Source of the DNA: Octopus vulgaris
Lineage: Eukaryota
NCBI GenBank assembly: GCA_951406725.2
Contig: OX597832.1
Location: 7,626,001-7,690,000 of the forward strand
Direction of reading: 5' to 3'
DNA: 64,000 bases
Shown: positions 26,141 through 39,494 of the stretch, piece by piece
Layout: each line of letters starts with the position of its first letter
Position numbering within the stretch: position 1 is the stretch's first letter
Position numbers and translations under genes: made by a program
Notes under the pieces: generated by a model
The model's database searches: none
The model's input: only the letters and a program-made list of their open reading frames with translations
What the model was told of the DNA's origin: nothing

Positions 26141-27197
26141 TGCTTTCAGTGTATGCAGACGTATCATTTCTGCTATTGAGGTTGACTAGACTTTGATATT
26201 ATTTTTTTCTTCTCAGATTTCCATAATTATCGTGATAATTTTCGTGTCTGATACCTGCTTAAAAAGTAATGAGTTTTTTTTTTTAATTCAATTAATTTCC
26301 TTTCCGTTTTGTATAAGAAAAATGAAATTCTGTGCAACATTTTATTTATTCTGCTTCGACCTAGACATCGTTGGATATTAATACAGTATCCAAGTATTAG
26401 GATTAATATTTTATGATACATTGGATTAATGTTTTTACATGCATAACTACTTTACAAGACAAGTAACTGTTGTTAAATTGCATTTCACATAAAAGAAAAG
26501 AACTGCTTTGAATATTAATTGGAACATTTGTGTCCATTGTTTTGGCTCGACATGATTCATAATGACATCAAGTCTATTGGAGCCTCAACTATCGCCTGCA
26601 AAAAACGAAATATACTTCACAAACCTTCTTCTCAATGAACCAAGATAAGAGGATATAAACAAGTTTTCTTGGCAGCCAGGTATGCATCTTCCAGGCCGTT
26701 TTTCTGACTATTCACTAAGTGGTAAAAGCAAGGGCAACAACAGCATCACGATACGGATGTTGACAGATTGTGAAGAATGTAAAGAAATTGCTAAACATGA
26801 CTAGTGGAACGCTGTCCGTAAATGTACCTGAGTCGGTACAGAGTCCGCCGACTTCAAAAACTTGCCGTGTGACTCGCAGCTTGGACATCAGAAGTAAAAA
26901 GATATTAACAACTACTGGTAACTTCCACATCAGCAGAAACACTGACAGGACAGGATGAAAGCAAAAGAAGCATAAGATTAGTAAGGACAATCTTTGTGTG
27001 CTAAAAAAGCGTAATTTAGAGAGCACCTAATAGGGAGAGGTACCTCTCTAAACCGTCCAGATGTAACAGGGAATTTTGATACTGTTAAACTCAGGAAGAA
27101 TTGCACTGGTGGCCATAGCAAAGGCAAACCAGAACCATACCCACACCTTGAAAATGAAAGACTATTAGTGGAACATTCCAATATAAATTTCAACCCA

Positions 27198-27605
27198 TAG
27201 GCACAGGAGTGGCTGTGTGGTAAGTAGCTTGCTTACCAGCCACATGGTTTCGGGTTCGTTCCCGCTGCGTGGCACCTTGGGCAAGTGTCTTCTACTATAG
27301 CCTTGGGCCGACCAAAGCCTTGTGAGTGGATTTGGTAGACGGAAACTGGAAGAAGCCCGTCTTATATCTGTATATATATATATATGTGTGTATATGTTTG
27401 TGTGTCTGTTGTTTTTCCCCCCTACATTGCTTGACAACCGATGGTGGTGTGTTTACGTCCCCGTAACTTAGCGGTTCAGGAAACGAGACTGATAGAATAA
27501 GTACTAGGCTTGCAAAGAATAAGTCATGGGGTCGATTTACTTTACTAAAAAGGCGATGCTCCAGCATGGCCGCAGTTAAATGACTGAAACAAATAAGAGA
27601 GAGTA
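27198..27605 (+). mobile_element. SINE family C, full length
   Basis: Family head and tail motifs. Confidence 0.92.
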
Positions 27606-28072
27606 CGAGAGTGTAAGCACACCAAACCAGATATCATTGCGTATGTTGTTGGATTTGAAATTTGTGTGGTTTTGCATTATCTAATTTTGTAGCTAAATTA
27701 TGACAAATTATGTGTGTACATGTGCATGTGCAACGTATATGTTGTGGCATTGATTGTAGATGTGTAGGTGTGTTTTGTCTGTGTCTGAGTGCTGTCATTG
27801 CTATCAAAACAAATTCAAAGCAGCTTTTAAAGAGTAATAATCATACATTGTTGTACATATCTGCCCGATGCAAGAAAATGTCTTGTCAAAAACTGGGGAA
27901 AAGAAGACATCTTGGGAGAACTAATGAGAAACCCACAACCATTATCTCGTTTCTACAGATTTTTATTTGCACCTGCTATCATTTGTATACAGTTCTATAT
28001 AAAAGAATAGAACCAATAGGATTTAAAAAAAAATAGAAGACGGATTGGGAGCGTTAAGCAGTGAAAAGTGAA

Positions 28073-28533
28073 ATTACAATGTTATTATTAATCCGAATAT
28101 GCTTGATACACGTACAAACTGGGGAACAAGCTACTCACTGCATTTTGTCACGGAGAATATATTTCGCTTGTTGACAAATGGCGTGTATACACCTGGATCA
28201 GGTCGCGGCGCCACCTACCTTGACTGTGAGGTGTTAACATTTCGGAGTAGTTGTCTCCTCATGGGTCACAAACACTGGAAAAGCATAAGAGAAAGTAATC
28301 TCTTAATTCAGCTCGCAGTGTCATCTACTTAGTGTCTGTGACCAATAAGGAGACTACTGCTCCGAAATGTTAACATATCACTGTCTAGGTAGGTGGCGCT
28401 GCGAGCTGATCTAGGCACTACACATCATTAGTCAACAAGTGAGATATATTCTCCGTGACAAAACCTAGTGAGTAGTTTGTTCCCCAGTTCGAACGTGCAT
28501 CAAGCATATTTGCACTCATAATAACATAGCAAT
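28073..28533. repeat. Long fold-back: ~200-bp inverted arms (28073-28276, 28331-28533) with a ~55-bp spacer
   Basis: Manual alignment gives roughly 80-85% identity (e.g. ttttgtcacggagaatata, gcgccacctacct, gttaacatttcggag). Confidence 0.92.
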
Positions 28534-29187
28534 AAAAAAGAGAAACTGATTCATATTATGCAAATAAAATGGATTAGAGGTGCAATTAAAATTCGTTAAT
28601 CATTCCAGAGATTTCCAATTTAAAGAGCTTGAACTGAGCGCATGGATCTTTCGTGGTATATCGTAACTGAATCCTGAAATAAGTAAAATAGTTACGGATT
28701 TGGTAAATCAATTAATTAGAATTTATTGTGAAATAAAGGCTGACGGGTTCTGGTGAGGTATGTGAAGTCTCCATCAGCTTGTATCTGAAAAAAATGGGGA
28801 TAAAGGATACTGAAGCAGACGGGTTAAAGAGGCGATTCTCACTAATAATCTCACAAAACCTCTCAGCGGCAGTTTTTTTTCTAACACTGGGAAATGAAGG
28901 CAATACTGCGTGAACAGGTAATTTATGCAGCGTATCTTAATACAGTGGGTACCTACAGAAACCAGGTCTCATTGTCATAATGGTTTTAGCCTTGGAAGTG
29001 AAGATAGAGTAGATCTTATCACAACAGTCAACCTAGAACAATTCAAGTGAAGGCTTATCAATGTGAAAGAAATACACATTTGGTAAATGATTTAGTTAGA
29101 AATAAATACGAAAAACTATATATATTGGTTACGTTTATGTATTTATTTTATAAGATTCTTGATCTGAAAACGTGAGTTGAAGCAAAT

Positions 29188-29471
29188 ATTGTTATATTCC
29201 GGGATGGTCATTTTTTTCTTGCCAAATAAACACACGCACTATATATTCGTTCTTCGCTCGTTTATTCTTCTTCTTATTCTATCTGATGTCCATTCTCTAG
29301 ATTAAACAGAACAGAAGGAAACACGTGGATGGAAGAATCGTTGAAGAGGTCACAGATGGGTGACGAATGGACATAAGAAAAATAAGAACAATAATAAACG
29401 AGTGAAGAATGAATATATATTGTATATTTATTTGGGAAGAAAACAAAATGACCATACCGAAATATAACAAT
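29188..29471. repeat. Fold-back with ~108-bp inverted arms next to (TA)n
   Basis: attgttatatt..atggtcatttt..ctcgtttatt..atgtccattc versus its reverse complement at 29365-29471. Confidence 0.85.
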
Positions 29472-29490
29472 TTATATAAATATATATATA

Positions 29491-29685
29491 TGTCCCAGAT
29501 GAACCAACTTCACGGCAGGAGGTGCAGATGAGGGCAGCTGCATCGAACTCTCTCATGCACCAAATGGCAATTGCTAAAAAGCATTCGTGAAGTAAAATCA
29601 TGTAGCAACACCAAATGGCGGTGCCCCAGCATGGCCACATCACGTGAGCTGAAACTAGATGAAATAAAATAAAATAAATAAATAA

Positions 29686-29690
<5 letters not shown>
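29491..29690 (+). mobile_element. CR1-group LINE 3' end (ORF2 C-terminus and 3' UTR)
   Basis: Translates VPDEPTSRQEVQMRAAASNSLMHQ, resembling the xPDEP...AAxSNSL terminus of invertebrate CR1-like ORF2. Ends ggcggtgccccagcatggcc..gctgaaactagatg(aaata)n. Confidence 0.7.
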
Positions 29691-29714
<24 letters not shown>

Positions 29715-29716
<2 letters not shown>

Positions 29717-30075
29717 CATTGGGTACTTTATTTATTAGAGAATTATGTAGATAATATATAATTGGGAATGTAAAATATATTTGTAAATTATGTAATAAGG
29801 AATAAAAGGGATAACTATATAGGGTACATTATTTTTTAGGGAATAACGCAAAGATTTACTTAATTGGAAACTGAACATATAATTGATAAATTATTTAGAA
29901 AGGAATTAACGTGATGTAGAATACATATTTTCTAAATTATTTATTAAGAATTTATTGAAATATATACGAAGTACATGATTTCTTAAAGAATTAATAGGAC
30001 ATAATTATATACATGGTAAATTATATTTAGTAAGGAATTAATGAGAAATAAAACATATACACGTATATCTGTATT

Positions 30076-30115
<40 letters not shown>

Positions 30116-30445
30116 ATATGTGTATGTATATATATATATCTACCCTCGCTCTCTCTCTCTGTCGCTATTTATCTATATATCTATCTGTACACAGAAGCAT
30201 AAAGATACACATGCAAACGCATATGTCTGGTAAATTATTTATTAAATAATTAATATGAAATACAAGAAGCTTTGGATAAATTAATCAGTAAAGATTTGAT
30301 GTGATACACACACACGCGTGCACACAAACACACACATACACACACGCACACCCATATATCACATGAAATCTTTACTGAATTGTTTACCCACTGCATATTC
30401 TATTTTACATTCATTATTTCATAAATGATTTACAAGATATATGCG
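29715..30445. repeat. Degenerate ~43-bp AT-rich minisatellite ending in an 89-bp inverted pair (30218-30306 / 30357-30445)
   Basis: Recurrent taaattatttagtaaggaattaa motif; the inverted arms flank a CA tract. Confidence 0.65.
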
Positions 30446-30492
30446 CTCGTATGTGCGTGTGTTTATATACATATACGCACGTACATGCATTC

Positions 30493-30531
<39 letters not shown>

Positions 30532-30550
30532 CATATTATTCATTATTATT

Positions 30551-30774
30551 TTCTTTTATTTTACTTGTTTCAGTCATTTGACTGCTGCCATGCTGGAGCA
30601 CCACATTTAGTCGAGTAAATCGACTCCAGAACTTATTCTTTGTAAGCCTAGTACTTATATTCTATCATCCTCTTTTGCCGAACCGCTAAGTTGCGGTGAC
30701 ATAAACACACCAGCATCGGTTGTCAAGCGATGTTGGTGGAGACAAACACCGACGCATAAACATTTACACACATA

Positions 30775-30844
<70 letters not shown>

Positions 30845-31013
30845 TATACGACCAGCTTGTTTAAGTTTCCGTCTACCAAATCCACTCACAAGTCTTTGGT
30901 CGGCTCGAGGCTATAGTAGAAGACACTTGCTCAAGGTGCCACGCAGTGGGACTGAACCCGGAACCATGTGGTTGGTAAGCAAGCTACTTACCACATGGCC
31001 ATTCATGCGCCTA
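30551..31013 (-). mobile_element. SINE family C, full length
   Basis: Family motifs. Confidence 0.92.
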
Positions 31014-31868
31014 CAACCCCCACACATATATATATGCATATATTGGGTAATGCCATAAATAATGCGGATTTTCAGTTGTATGAACTAAAAGTCAGAGAGG
31101 GACGGAATTCCAGAAGAAAGTTTGGAAAATTCTTGGCAGAGGCAGCTGTAAATCCCCTGGATCATTTTGCTTTTAGTATATCACTGCTATATGTCTAATA
31201 AGCTGATCTGCCAAGTTTTGTTATTCCTATTTGAAGGAGACAGCTGTATGAGTGCTTTGAACACGCACCAGTAAACATTGCTTGTCACAGCTGACTAGAA
31301 TGCAGTCGAGGTATTTGGAAGCTAGCTATTACTTTCAAAGAAGTACAAAACTCCAACCTTCTTCAAAGAATGGTCCTCAAAATTCGATGCACTTCTTTTA
31401 GGGTTCAGCTACTTCGTAAAAATACCATAGAAACCCTCCAAATTGAAGGTGTTCAGGAGCCTTGTCTCGAAATCCTTCGTCTTCAAATGAAATGTCTATG
31501 AGATTCTCCTTCAGCTCGGGGAACAACCAAAAGACACTGAGAGCAAGTTCTGTACTACAGAGGATGTGATGGAGAGTTTTGATGCTCATCTCTTTCAAAT
31601 AGTCACTGACCGGGATGTTCATCAAAGTCTTCTGGGAAGAAACTTTGCGCAAATTTCTCTCATGTCCAGATCTTCATGGGTAATTCTGTACACCATCTCC
31701 AAACTGTATATTTGTCTTTATAGATAAACGACTGTCCTCATTGGGAGAATGCGAATTTTCTCAACCAGTTCTGATACTTTGACGTTCAACTCCCTCTCAC
31801 CATCTCATCTCTCGCATCCCTCCACCGTTCTTGAGCCTCCCCTGCCAACTAACAAATTCATCTATAAA

Positions 31869-32264
31869 TAGGCGTAGGAGCGGGTGTGTGGTAAGTAGCT
31901 TACTTATCAACCACATGGTTCCGGGTTCGGTCCTACTGCGTGGCACCTTGGGCAAGTGGCTTCTGCTATAGCCTCGGGCTGACCAAAGCCTTGTGAGTGG
32001 ATTTGGTAGACGAAAACTGAAAGAAGCCCGTCGTATATTTGTATATGTATATGTAAACGTAAAATACTTTTTCTATTTCTATTCCTGAGCGCTATACTAA
32101 TACATTTGTTTGTTTGTACTCCATCTGCCTCCGTCTTTTGTTTATTTTCGTAAACCTTCCCGTTATATATGTGTGTATGTGTGTCTGTGTTTGTCCCTCC
32201 GCATCGCTTGAGAACCGATGGTGGTGTGTTTACGTCCCCGCAACTTAGCGGTTCGGTAAAAGAG
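31869..32264 (+). mobile_element. SINE family C, 3'-truncated, with a PLE pLTR piece in its internal TA tract
   Basis: Family head; insert aaacgtaaaa..cctgagcgct..ttgtttattttc at about 32055-32165. Confidence 0.85.
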
Positions 32265-32481
32265 TTGGGCGCATTTCATAAGGTTCTGTAGCATTTTTGC
32301 CCAGTTTAACATAAAACTTTATTGCATAGCTAGCTACCAAATACCTCGACTGTATTCCATTCTGCAAGCTAGTCAGCTGTGACAAGCAATGTTTACTGGG
32401 GCGTGTTGATAGCATTGATACAGCTGTCTCCTTCAAACTGGAATAACAAAACTTGGCAAGTCAGCTTATTAGACATAGAGT

Positions 32482-32997
32482 TGTTGTGACCCCCTTCGGT
32501 CATGAATGACCATGGGATTGCACCTAGAAAGTTACCCTCTGAGGCACAAGTCTGGGCAAGGTAGTTTGTAGGAAGACCAGCAGTCGCCCACGAATACCAG
32601 CCACCCTTCCCCACGCCACCGATGTTATCCAAGGGAAAGGTAAAGGCCGATACAGCCTGGTAACAGTGACGTTGCAGCTCATTTATTAACCTGTAAGTGG
32701 CTGAGCACTCCACAGACACATGCACTCTTAACGTAGTTCTCGGGGAGATTCAGCGTGACACAGAGTGTGACAAGGCTGGCCCTTTGAAATACAGGTACAA
32801 TAGAAACAGGAAGAAAGAGTAAGAGAAAGTTGTCGTGAAAGAGTACAGCGGGGTTCACCACCACCTACTGCCGGAGCCTTGTGGAGCTTTAGGTGTTTTC
32901 GCTCAATAAACACTCACAATGCCCGGTCTGGGAATTGAAACCGCGATCCTACGACCACGAATCCGCTGCCCTAACCACTGGGCCATTGCGCCTCCAC
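32482..32997 (-). mobile_element. SINE with family B head and an alternative RTE-like tail, 11-bp TSD
   Basis: TSD agacatagagt at 32471-32481 and 32998-33008. B-type sequence from 32997 to 32691, then a different ~210-bp tail. Confidence 0.9.
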
Positions 32998-33968
32998 AGA
33001 CATAGAGTAGTGATATACTAAAAGCACAAAAATCTACGACGTTTATAGCTGCCTTTCCGAAGAAATTTTCAAAACATTCTTCTGAAATGCATCTCGTAGC
33101 ATGCGATCCTTGGATCTTGTCCATCGTTAGATTACCAATGTATATGAAACGAAATTGTTGTGGCTATTACACTATGTAACTAGCTTTACACAAGAGTGAA
33201 CTTGGAGATATAACGTCAAGAGATATAGATTCATCGATAGCAAGTTTGCAATTTTAAATAAGATAAATGGTATTCGGTTCAATGACAGATGAACACAGTC
33301 TCTTCCAGTCAGACTTTATATATCAGTAGTAAGTAAATGTTAACATATTTATAGAAAAAAAGCATTAAAAAAATAGCTAGAAATGATATGCATAGATATC
33401 AGAAAAAGTTATATTCGTGAATGACTAATGTTTTTCAATTACACACAAAGTACGGGAGTTAACTCCGAGTGTTTTGCTTTTACTCTAACCTCGTTGTTGA
33501 TGGATAGCCTTTACCATATTTGCCGAAGTAGAGGCGACTGAATCACCAACTATTCATATAACATTATTATACATATATTGATGGAGAAATATAGAAATGT
33601 CAGAGATTGTATAACTTCTAGGCACCAACCGCTTGAGTGTACAAAAAGAAACCAATTATTATTTAGATGCTTGAAAACGAAAATTAAACTTTGTTCGATA
33701 TAAATATCTTCCCACCCCATCTCGGATGGTCAGCTGAGGAAAATCACTCTCTCTTTCTCCGTCTTTCTCTCTCTCACACACAAACATACATTTCTCAACA
33801 GAAAGAGCTGTTTTTGTTTACTTGTTCAAAATCGAAGATTTACATGTAATTATTGCTAGGCAGCAAGCGATGTTCTTGGTATTAATATCGACTTAAACCA
33901 ATAGATACATATATTAGCATATGCATATCCGCTTACACATACACATACAGACATGCGTATGTATGTGC

Positions 33969-34006
<38 letters not shown>

Positions 34007-34059
34007 ACACACACATATGTATTTTCATAAAATCATGATACGTTGAATAACATAGATTT

Positions 34060-34500
34060 TCTAGATATTGGGTGAACAGTCTGAAAAATAAAAATGTCTT
34101 TAACATTTCGGGTGAAAGCTCATCATCAGTAAGATAAAATGGGAAAAAATCTTCGTAAAAATGAAAAGATAAAAATTACTAGAGAATATAAATCCACACA
34201 TGTGTAATCGCATCGGAGACAATTTGAAAACGGCCAGCGTTAAAAGGGAGAAAGAGAGAATTTAATGTAAAGAAGAGTAGTAGGGGAGACAGCTTCGAGT
34301 GTAGCGCTTTTGTGTGTGCTTGTATGTATGTATGGACACATGAGAATGTTGGAGCTGTTTATAGTTATTAAAGGATGGCGTGAAAATTTTGAGTTTTCTT
34401 TGTGGGATATGGTTTAATATGTTTCAAATTTCTTTCTGTGTGTGTGAGTATTATGTTGCATGTTTATGTTGCTTGCGTGTTAATGTAGTTTTCTGCATGT
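34060..34500 (-). mobile_element. PLE pLTR-like remnant with decayed hammerhead (34095-34135)
   Basis: Minus strand tctta-CTGATGA-TGAGCTTTCACCC-GAAATGTTA-AAGA. Confidence 0.5.
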
Positions 34501-34514
34501 GGATATTTAATGTG

Positions 34515-35785
34515 GCCTGTTGCTACTGAAAAAGAAAGATATAAAGAGCTTGAAAACAAAGTATGTAAATCTTTATATAAAATGACAGGATCCACATTAG
34601 AGAAACTGGGAAATGTAGCAAGATCAATGTACAAGACAGGAGTTGGACCTTTTTGCAGTGATAAAATATGGGACTCAATTTTCAAAAGGAAAGAGTGGAC
34701 CAAACAGGAAGAACAGGAAAATGAAACAAGTGAGGCTCGAGTAGAACTTAAGAAAGCAATGAAAACGTCGGAGGACGACGAAAAACATGACCCCGTGCTC
34801 CTGCACGAAGGCTTAAAAAGAAAATGTCACTTTATGCAACGAAATATCCGCCGATATAAGCAAAGAAAAGAAAGCAAAAAGTCAGTGAACAGTTTTTGAC
34901 GGGGTTATGAAGAGGCTGTTCACTAAACCAAAGAGTTATACAAAAGGAAACTGGATGAGTATACCAAAGAAAGTTGCAGCGATCCAAATCGTAACCAGAC
35001 ACTGCCACATATAAATGGACTGAAGGAAGTCTTAGAACCTGATGTCGAATTTCAAGTAGGCACCATCAGAAAGAAAGAAGTAAATGAATACGTGAGAAAA
35101 GCTAGGCTAAAGAGTGCCCCAGGAAGTGATGGTGTTTCATATAAAGTGTATAAATACTGCAATATTCTACGAAAGAAGTTCTTTGCCCTGCTCCGACAGC
35201 TTTGGTGCGACGAGGCTCTAATGGAGGATTGTTGTAAGACAGAAGGCGTATTCCTGCTAAAGGAAGCCGAAGCTTTAGACTGATATCCTTATTGATTAAT
35301 GATGGCAAGGCTTTTATGAGCCTTCTTTAAAAGAGAATAGTGACATATCTGCAGAATAATGTATATGGGGATGAATCTGTTCAATAGGCGGCATCTCGGG
35401 AAACTCAGGATACGTCGAATATTCTCTTTCGATTTGCAAAGCGATCCAGGGTGCCAAATAGATGAAAATACTTGAATTTGGTATGACTTGATCTATCTAA
35501 TGTATATGGCTCAGTGCCACATGAATTTCCAATGAGAACCACAAACCAATTCCACATTCCGGGGAAGCTAACAAAGTTGATGAGGACATATGAAAGTTTC
35601 GAGACGAGATTTTACATCAGGTAACTATACAACAGACTGGCACGGCCTGGCGATCGGCATTGCAGTTGGCTGCACAATGGTTACGTGGTTTATTCTAGTC
35701 ATGGAGATGATTATTTTGGAAGCAGTAGACTTTTCGCAACAATGGACCATATACAATCACTTAGGAAGTCCTTCATTAATGACCT
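34515..35785 (+). mobile_element. HERO/NeSL-like (RLE-type) non-LTR retrotransposon RT fragment, pseudogenised
   Basis: KSAPGSDGVSYKVYKYC, LDLSNVYGSVPH and TTDWHGLAIGIAVGCT motifs, with stops and frameshifts. Confidence 0.85.
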
Positions 35786-35869
35786 GATAAGCAGATCATG
35801 CAGTGTGCCCTCTCAAGGTTAGACGAGCTTATAAAGTGGCCAAGGATGAACTCTCTCTCTCTCTCCCTC

Positions 35870-35939
<70 letters not shown>

Positions 35940-36069
35940 GTCCAAATGTACAGAAAACAAAAGACACAAACAGATGAAGAAACAACAATCAGGTGTATTA
36001 GTCTGACGCTTGAGGACAATGGATAAGAGAGAGAGAGATAGAGATAGATAGAGAGATAGATAAATAGAT

Positions 36070-36116
<47 letters not shown>

Positions 36117-36710
36117 GAGAGAGAGAGATGGAAAGAGAAAAATGTGTCAGGATTAAATGTTCCACATGTTGAAGCAACCGAAAGGATGAGGCGAATGGAA
36201 AGAGAAATAACAGTGACCCACCTAAACCGGGATTTGCAAGCGTGTGTGTGTATGATTGTATAAGTGTGCGTGTGGTGGAGTTAGGGGGCGAGCGCGTGTG
36301 TATTTATGTGTGGGCGAACATTAGATTATCTGATCCTGTGTGTATGTGAGCAGGAGTGTGTACGTGTATGAGTAAACAAGTACGTGTGCTGTATGAAGTG
36401 ATGTGTTTCGTGTATTTATAAGTGCATATGTGTGGACGCGTGAGGCTGTGTACAGTACATGTGTAGGATGTGATCAGATGTGTGTGTGTATGTGTGTGTG
36501 TGTAAGCACACATATTCATATGCATATATATAATTTAGATAATATCTATGTATGTATGTAATTTAGTATTTGTACATGAATGTATACATATGTACATATA
36601 TGTTGAAGCTTATACACACATATATATAAATCTATCTATATATACATATAAATATCAATATATATACATATAAATATCAATATATATATATATATATATA
36701 TCTATGTTTG

Positions 36711-36751
<41 letters not shown>

Positions 36752-37286
36752 ACACTTTTATTGGCGTTTGTAAGTTCAATTACGCACCCGTAAAATATGA
36801 CGTCTGCTAAAATGATCATTTATCCCGGTCGATAACCGTGAAACTATGAACAAAGACAAACCAATAACTGAACAATAATTACATGTATGATCAAAGGAAT
36901 TAATGTTTCTAAACAAAATACAAATGAGTTATTTCATAGATTCAGCTGAAATTATAACATTATAATATTTTGTATTTTTATGGAACAAAATAAACCCAAA
37001 ACTTTGCCAATAAGCAATAAAATTCCGCGTGTTCTTTAATTGGAATTAATGAAATTTATCTGTATATTACTCTATTCTATTCCTATTTACTGTTACGTAT
37101 ATACATACACTCACGAACGCATGTATATGTGTGTGAGTGTGTACTCATATATGTTAACTTATTATGGTAAAAGTGTGTTTCTATGAAGCTATTCATGTCT
37201 GCATGTACTCACGCACACACTCACACACACACATATATATATGTGCAAATATATACATACATATTGCATACATATAAGTACATACA

Positions 37287-37356
<70 letters not shown>

Positions 37357-37546
37357 AGATGCTGTACATTAGGTTTACTTTCTCTTTATGTCTCTGGCAC
37401 ATACATATATACTTACATATGTTACTGTCTTTGCGCATGGCGTGTCATGTAGCTGAATGCACAATCAATACAGCCACATACACACATACATATATATATA
37501 CAAAATTATACACATACATACACAAAGAAACACACACACACACACA

Positions 37547-37586
<40 letters not shown>

Positions 37587-38534
37587 CACACACACACACA
37601 TATATATATACATATATATATATAGCCACATATTTTTATGCATTTATATATCTATCCATAAGTGTATATTTGTGTATAAATATTGTGTGTGTCTATGTGT
37701 GTGTCTATGTGTGTGTTTGTGTGTGGATGGTGTGTGTATATCTGTGTGTTTTAAGTAGATGTATTTCAGGGAATACGTTTCGATGTTTATAACTTATAAT
37801 TTCGTGTCCTAATGAATATCAATTTATAGATGCTTTATGTCCTGCTGTATAGACATTTCAAGGTATACACAATCCTCATGTGTCTCTTTGTCTTTGCATA
37901 GACTTGAGATACCACACTATAATGCAAGTTATGTACTGATGAACAGTCAAAAGTGTTATTGCTGCAATCTGCCAGATTCACGTTGTATATCAACTGTTGT
38001 GTATATACTTTTATTTTAAATAATCCGAAAACAGTGTTCTTGATTGTTTTGATATTTTTCTCGTTTACCCTCATTTCTGCTCGAATCGGAAAAATCAACG
38101 GTCAAAGATACTCCATTGTCGTCCATCTTGTCTTTGTTTCTCATGCAGTATATGAAGTGCTGTATTATTCACTGCGTCCTTTAAGAAAGACTGTAATGTG
38201 AGATTCATCCAAGACAATATTTGACTCAGGTCAAGCAACCTCATAGAAATGATTTCGATTTCATAGAAATGATTTCAATATTAGCACAGGCCAGCAGGAA
38301 GTGCCGAAGGACATCCGTGGTACATCTGACTTAAGAAGAATAAGGAGCGTCTTTTACTCTTTTAATAATGACTGTTAGAAAGTACTTAGCTATTTCAAAT
38401 TTGAAAGCAAGATAAAACTTACCGGCCAACTAGGTAAGTTATCCCTCAGGGCAGGCATAGAAGTTGCCCACCCCCTTTTATGTATATTTGTTATGTCTGT
38501 GATGTCTGTATAACTATATATATATATATTTATA

Positions 38535-38849
38535 TAAATAAGGATAAGATCGTTAATTTAAAATAAAATAACGATTTTATCAAGTGGTCAGCATGGAAAA
38601 AATAACCTTCAAGGGTAATAATTATTAAAATTATAAATTAGGATATTTACGAGATACCACCATGCTGAAAATGGCAGCCATGATCTGACTCTAAAACCAC
38701 CTTAATTTTCCATATATCAACACGGAGAGAAAACAAAGAGACATGATGAAACTAGTAACAAATTACTGGATAATTCTAGATCCTGGATTTCTGACTTTGC
38801 ATTTAGGAATACTTTGCCTCGTCAGTAGAATATACACAGAAAAAGAAAC

Positions 38850-38855
<6 letters not shown>
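38535..38855 (-). mobile_element. Short non-coding hammerhead-bearing element between (TA)n tracts
   Basis: About 320 bp bounded by TA repeats, with a hammerhead near its minus-strand 5' end. Confidence 0.6.
38773..38831 (-). ncRNA. Type I hammerhead ribozyme motif
   Basis: AUUCUA-CUGACGA-GGC-AAA-GUAUU-CCUA-AAUGC-AAA-GUC-A-GAAA-UCCAGGA-UC-UAGAAU. Perfect 6-bp helix I and an AUC cleavage triplet. Confidence 0.75.
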
Positions 38856-38918
<63 letters not shown>

Positions 38919-39060
38919 CAACATACGAATACTTACATATACGAACGTATACCGACATATATATGCACGTATGCATCATGGCCAGTTCAAAATGCCCGCC
39001 GTTTAATTCCATGTGAGATATGGTTAAAATATTGCCGCAGTAAATACAGTGAATATATAT

Positions 39061-39480
39061 GAGAGGAGTGGTTGTGTGGTAAGTAGCTTGCTAACCAACC
39101 ACATGGCTCCGGGTTCAGTCCCACTGCGTGGCATCTTGGGCAAGTGTCTTCTGCTATAGCCCCGGGCCGACCAATGCCTTGTGAGTGGATTTGGTAGACG
39201 GAAACTGAAAGAAGCCTGTCGTATATATGTATATATATATATATGTGTGTGTATGTGTGTGTGTTTGTGTGTTTGTTCCCCTAGCATTGCTTGACAACCG
39301 ATGCTGATGTGTTTACGTCCCCGTCACTTAGCGGTTCGGCAAAAGAGACCGATAGAATAAGTACTGGGCTTACAAAGAATAAGTCCCGGGGTCGATTTGC
39401 TCGACTAAAGGCGGTGCTCCAGCATGGCCGCAGTCAAATGACTGAAACAAGTAAAAGATAAAAGATAAAAGATAAAGATA
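39061..39480 (+). mobile_element. SINE family C
   Basis: Family motifs. Confidence 0.92.
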
Positions 39481-39494
39481 TATATATATATATA

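Larger units (their letters stand above)
31043..33085 (-). mobile_element. Mariner-type transposon relic with long inverted arms and nested SINEs
   Basis: Minus strand YAIKFYVKLGKNATE (N-terminus) and DYLKEMSIKTL.H...S.ELA...FWLFPELKENL (C-terminus). Terminus ttgggtaatgccataaataatgc follows TA. 31090-31330 is inverted relative to 32325-32481 plus 33009-33085. Confidence 0.8.

Noticed and set aside
25702-26196. Poly-His/Asp/Ser/Met ORFs
   Set aside because: Products of the (CAT)n tract.
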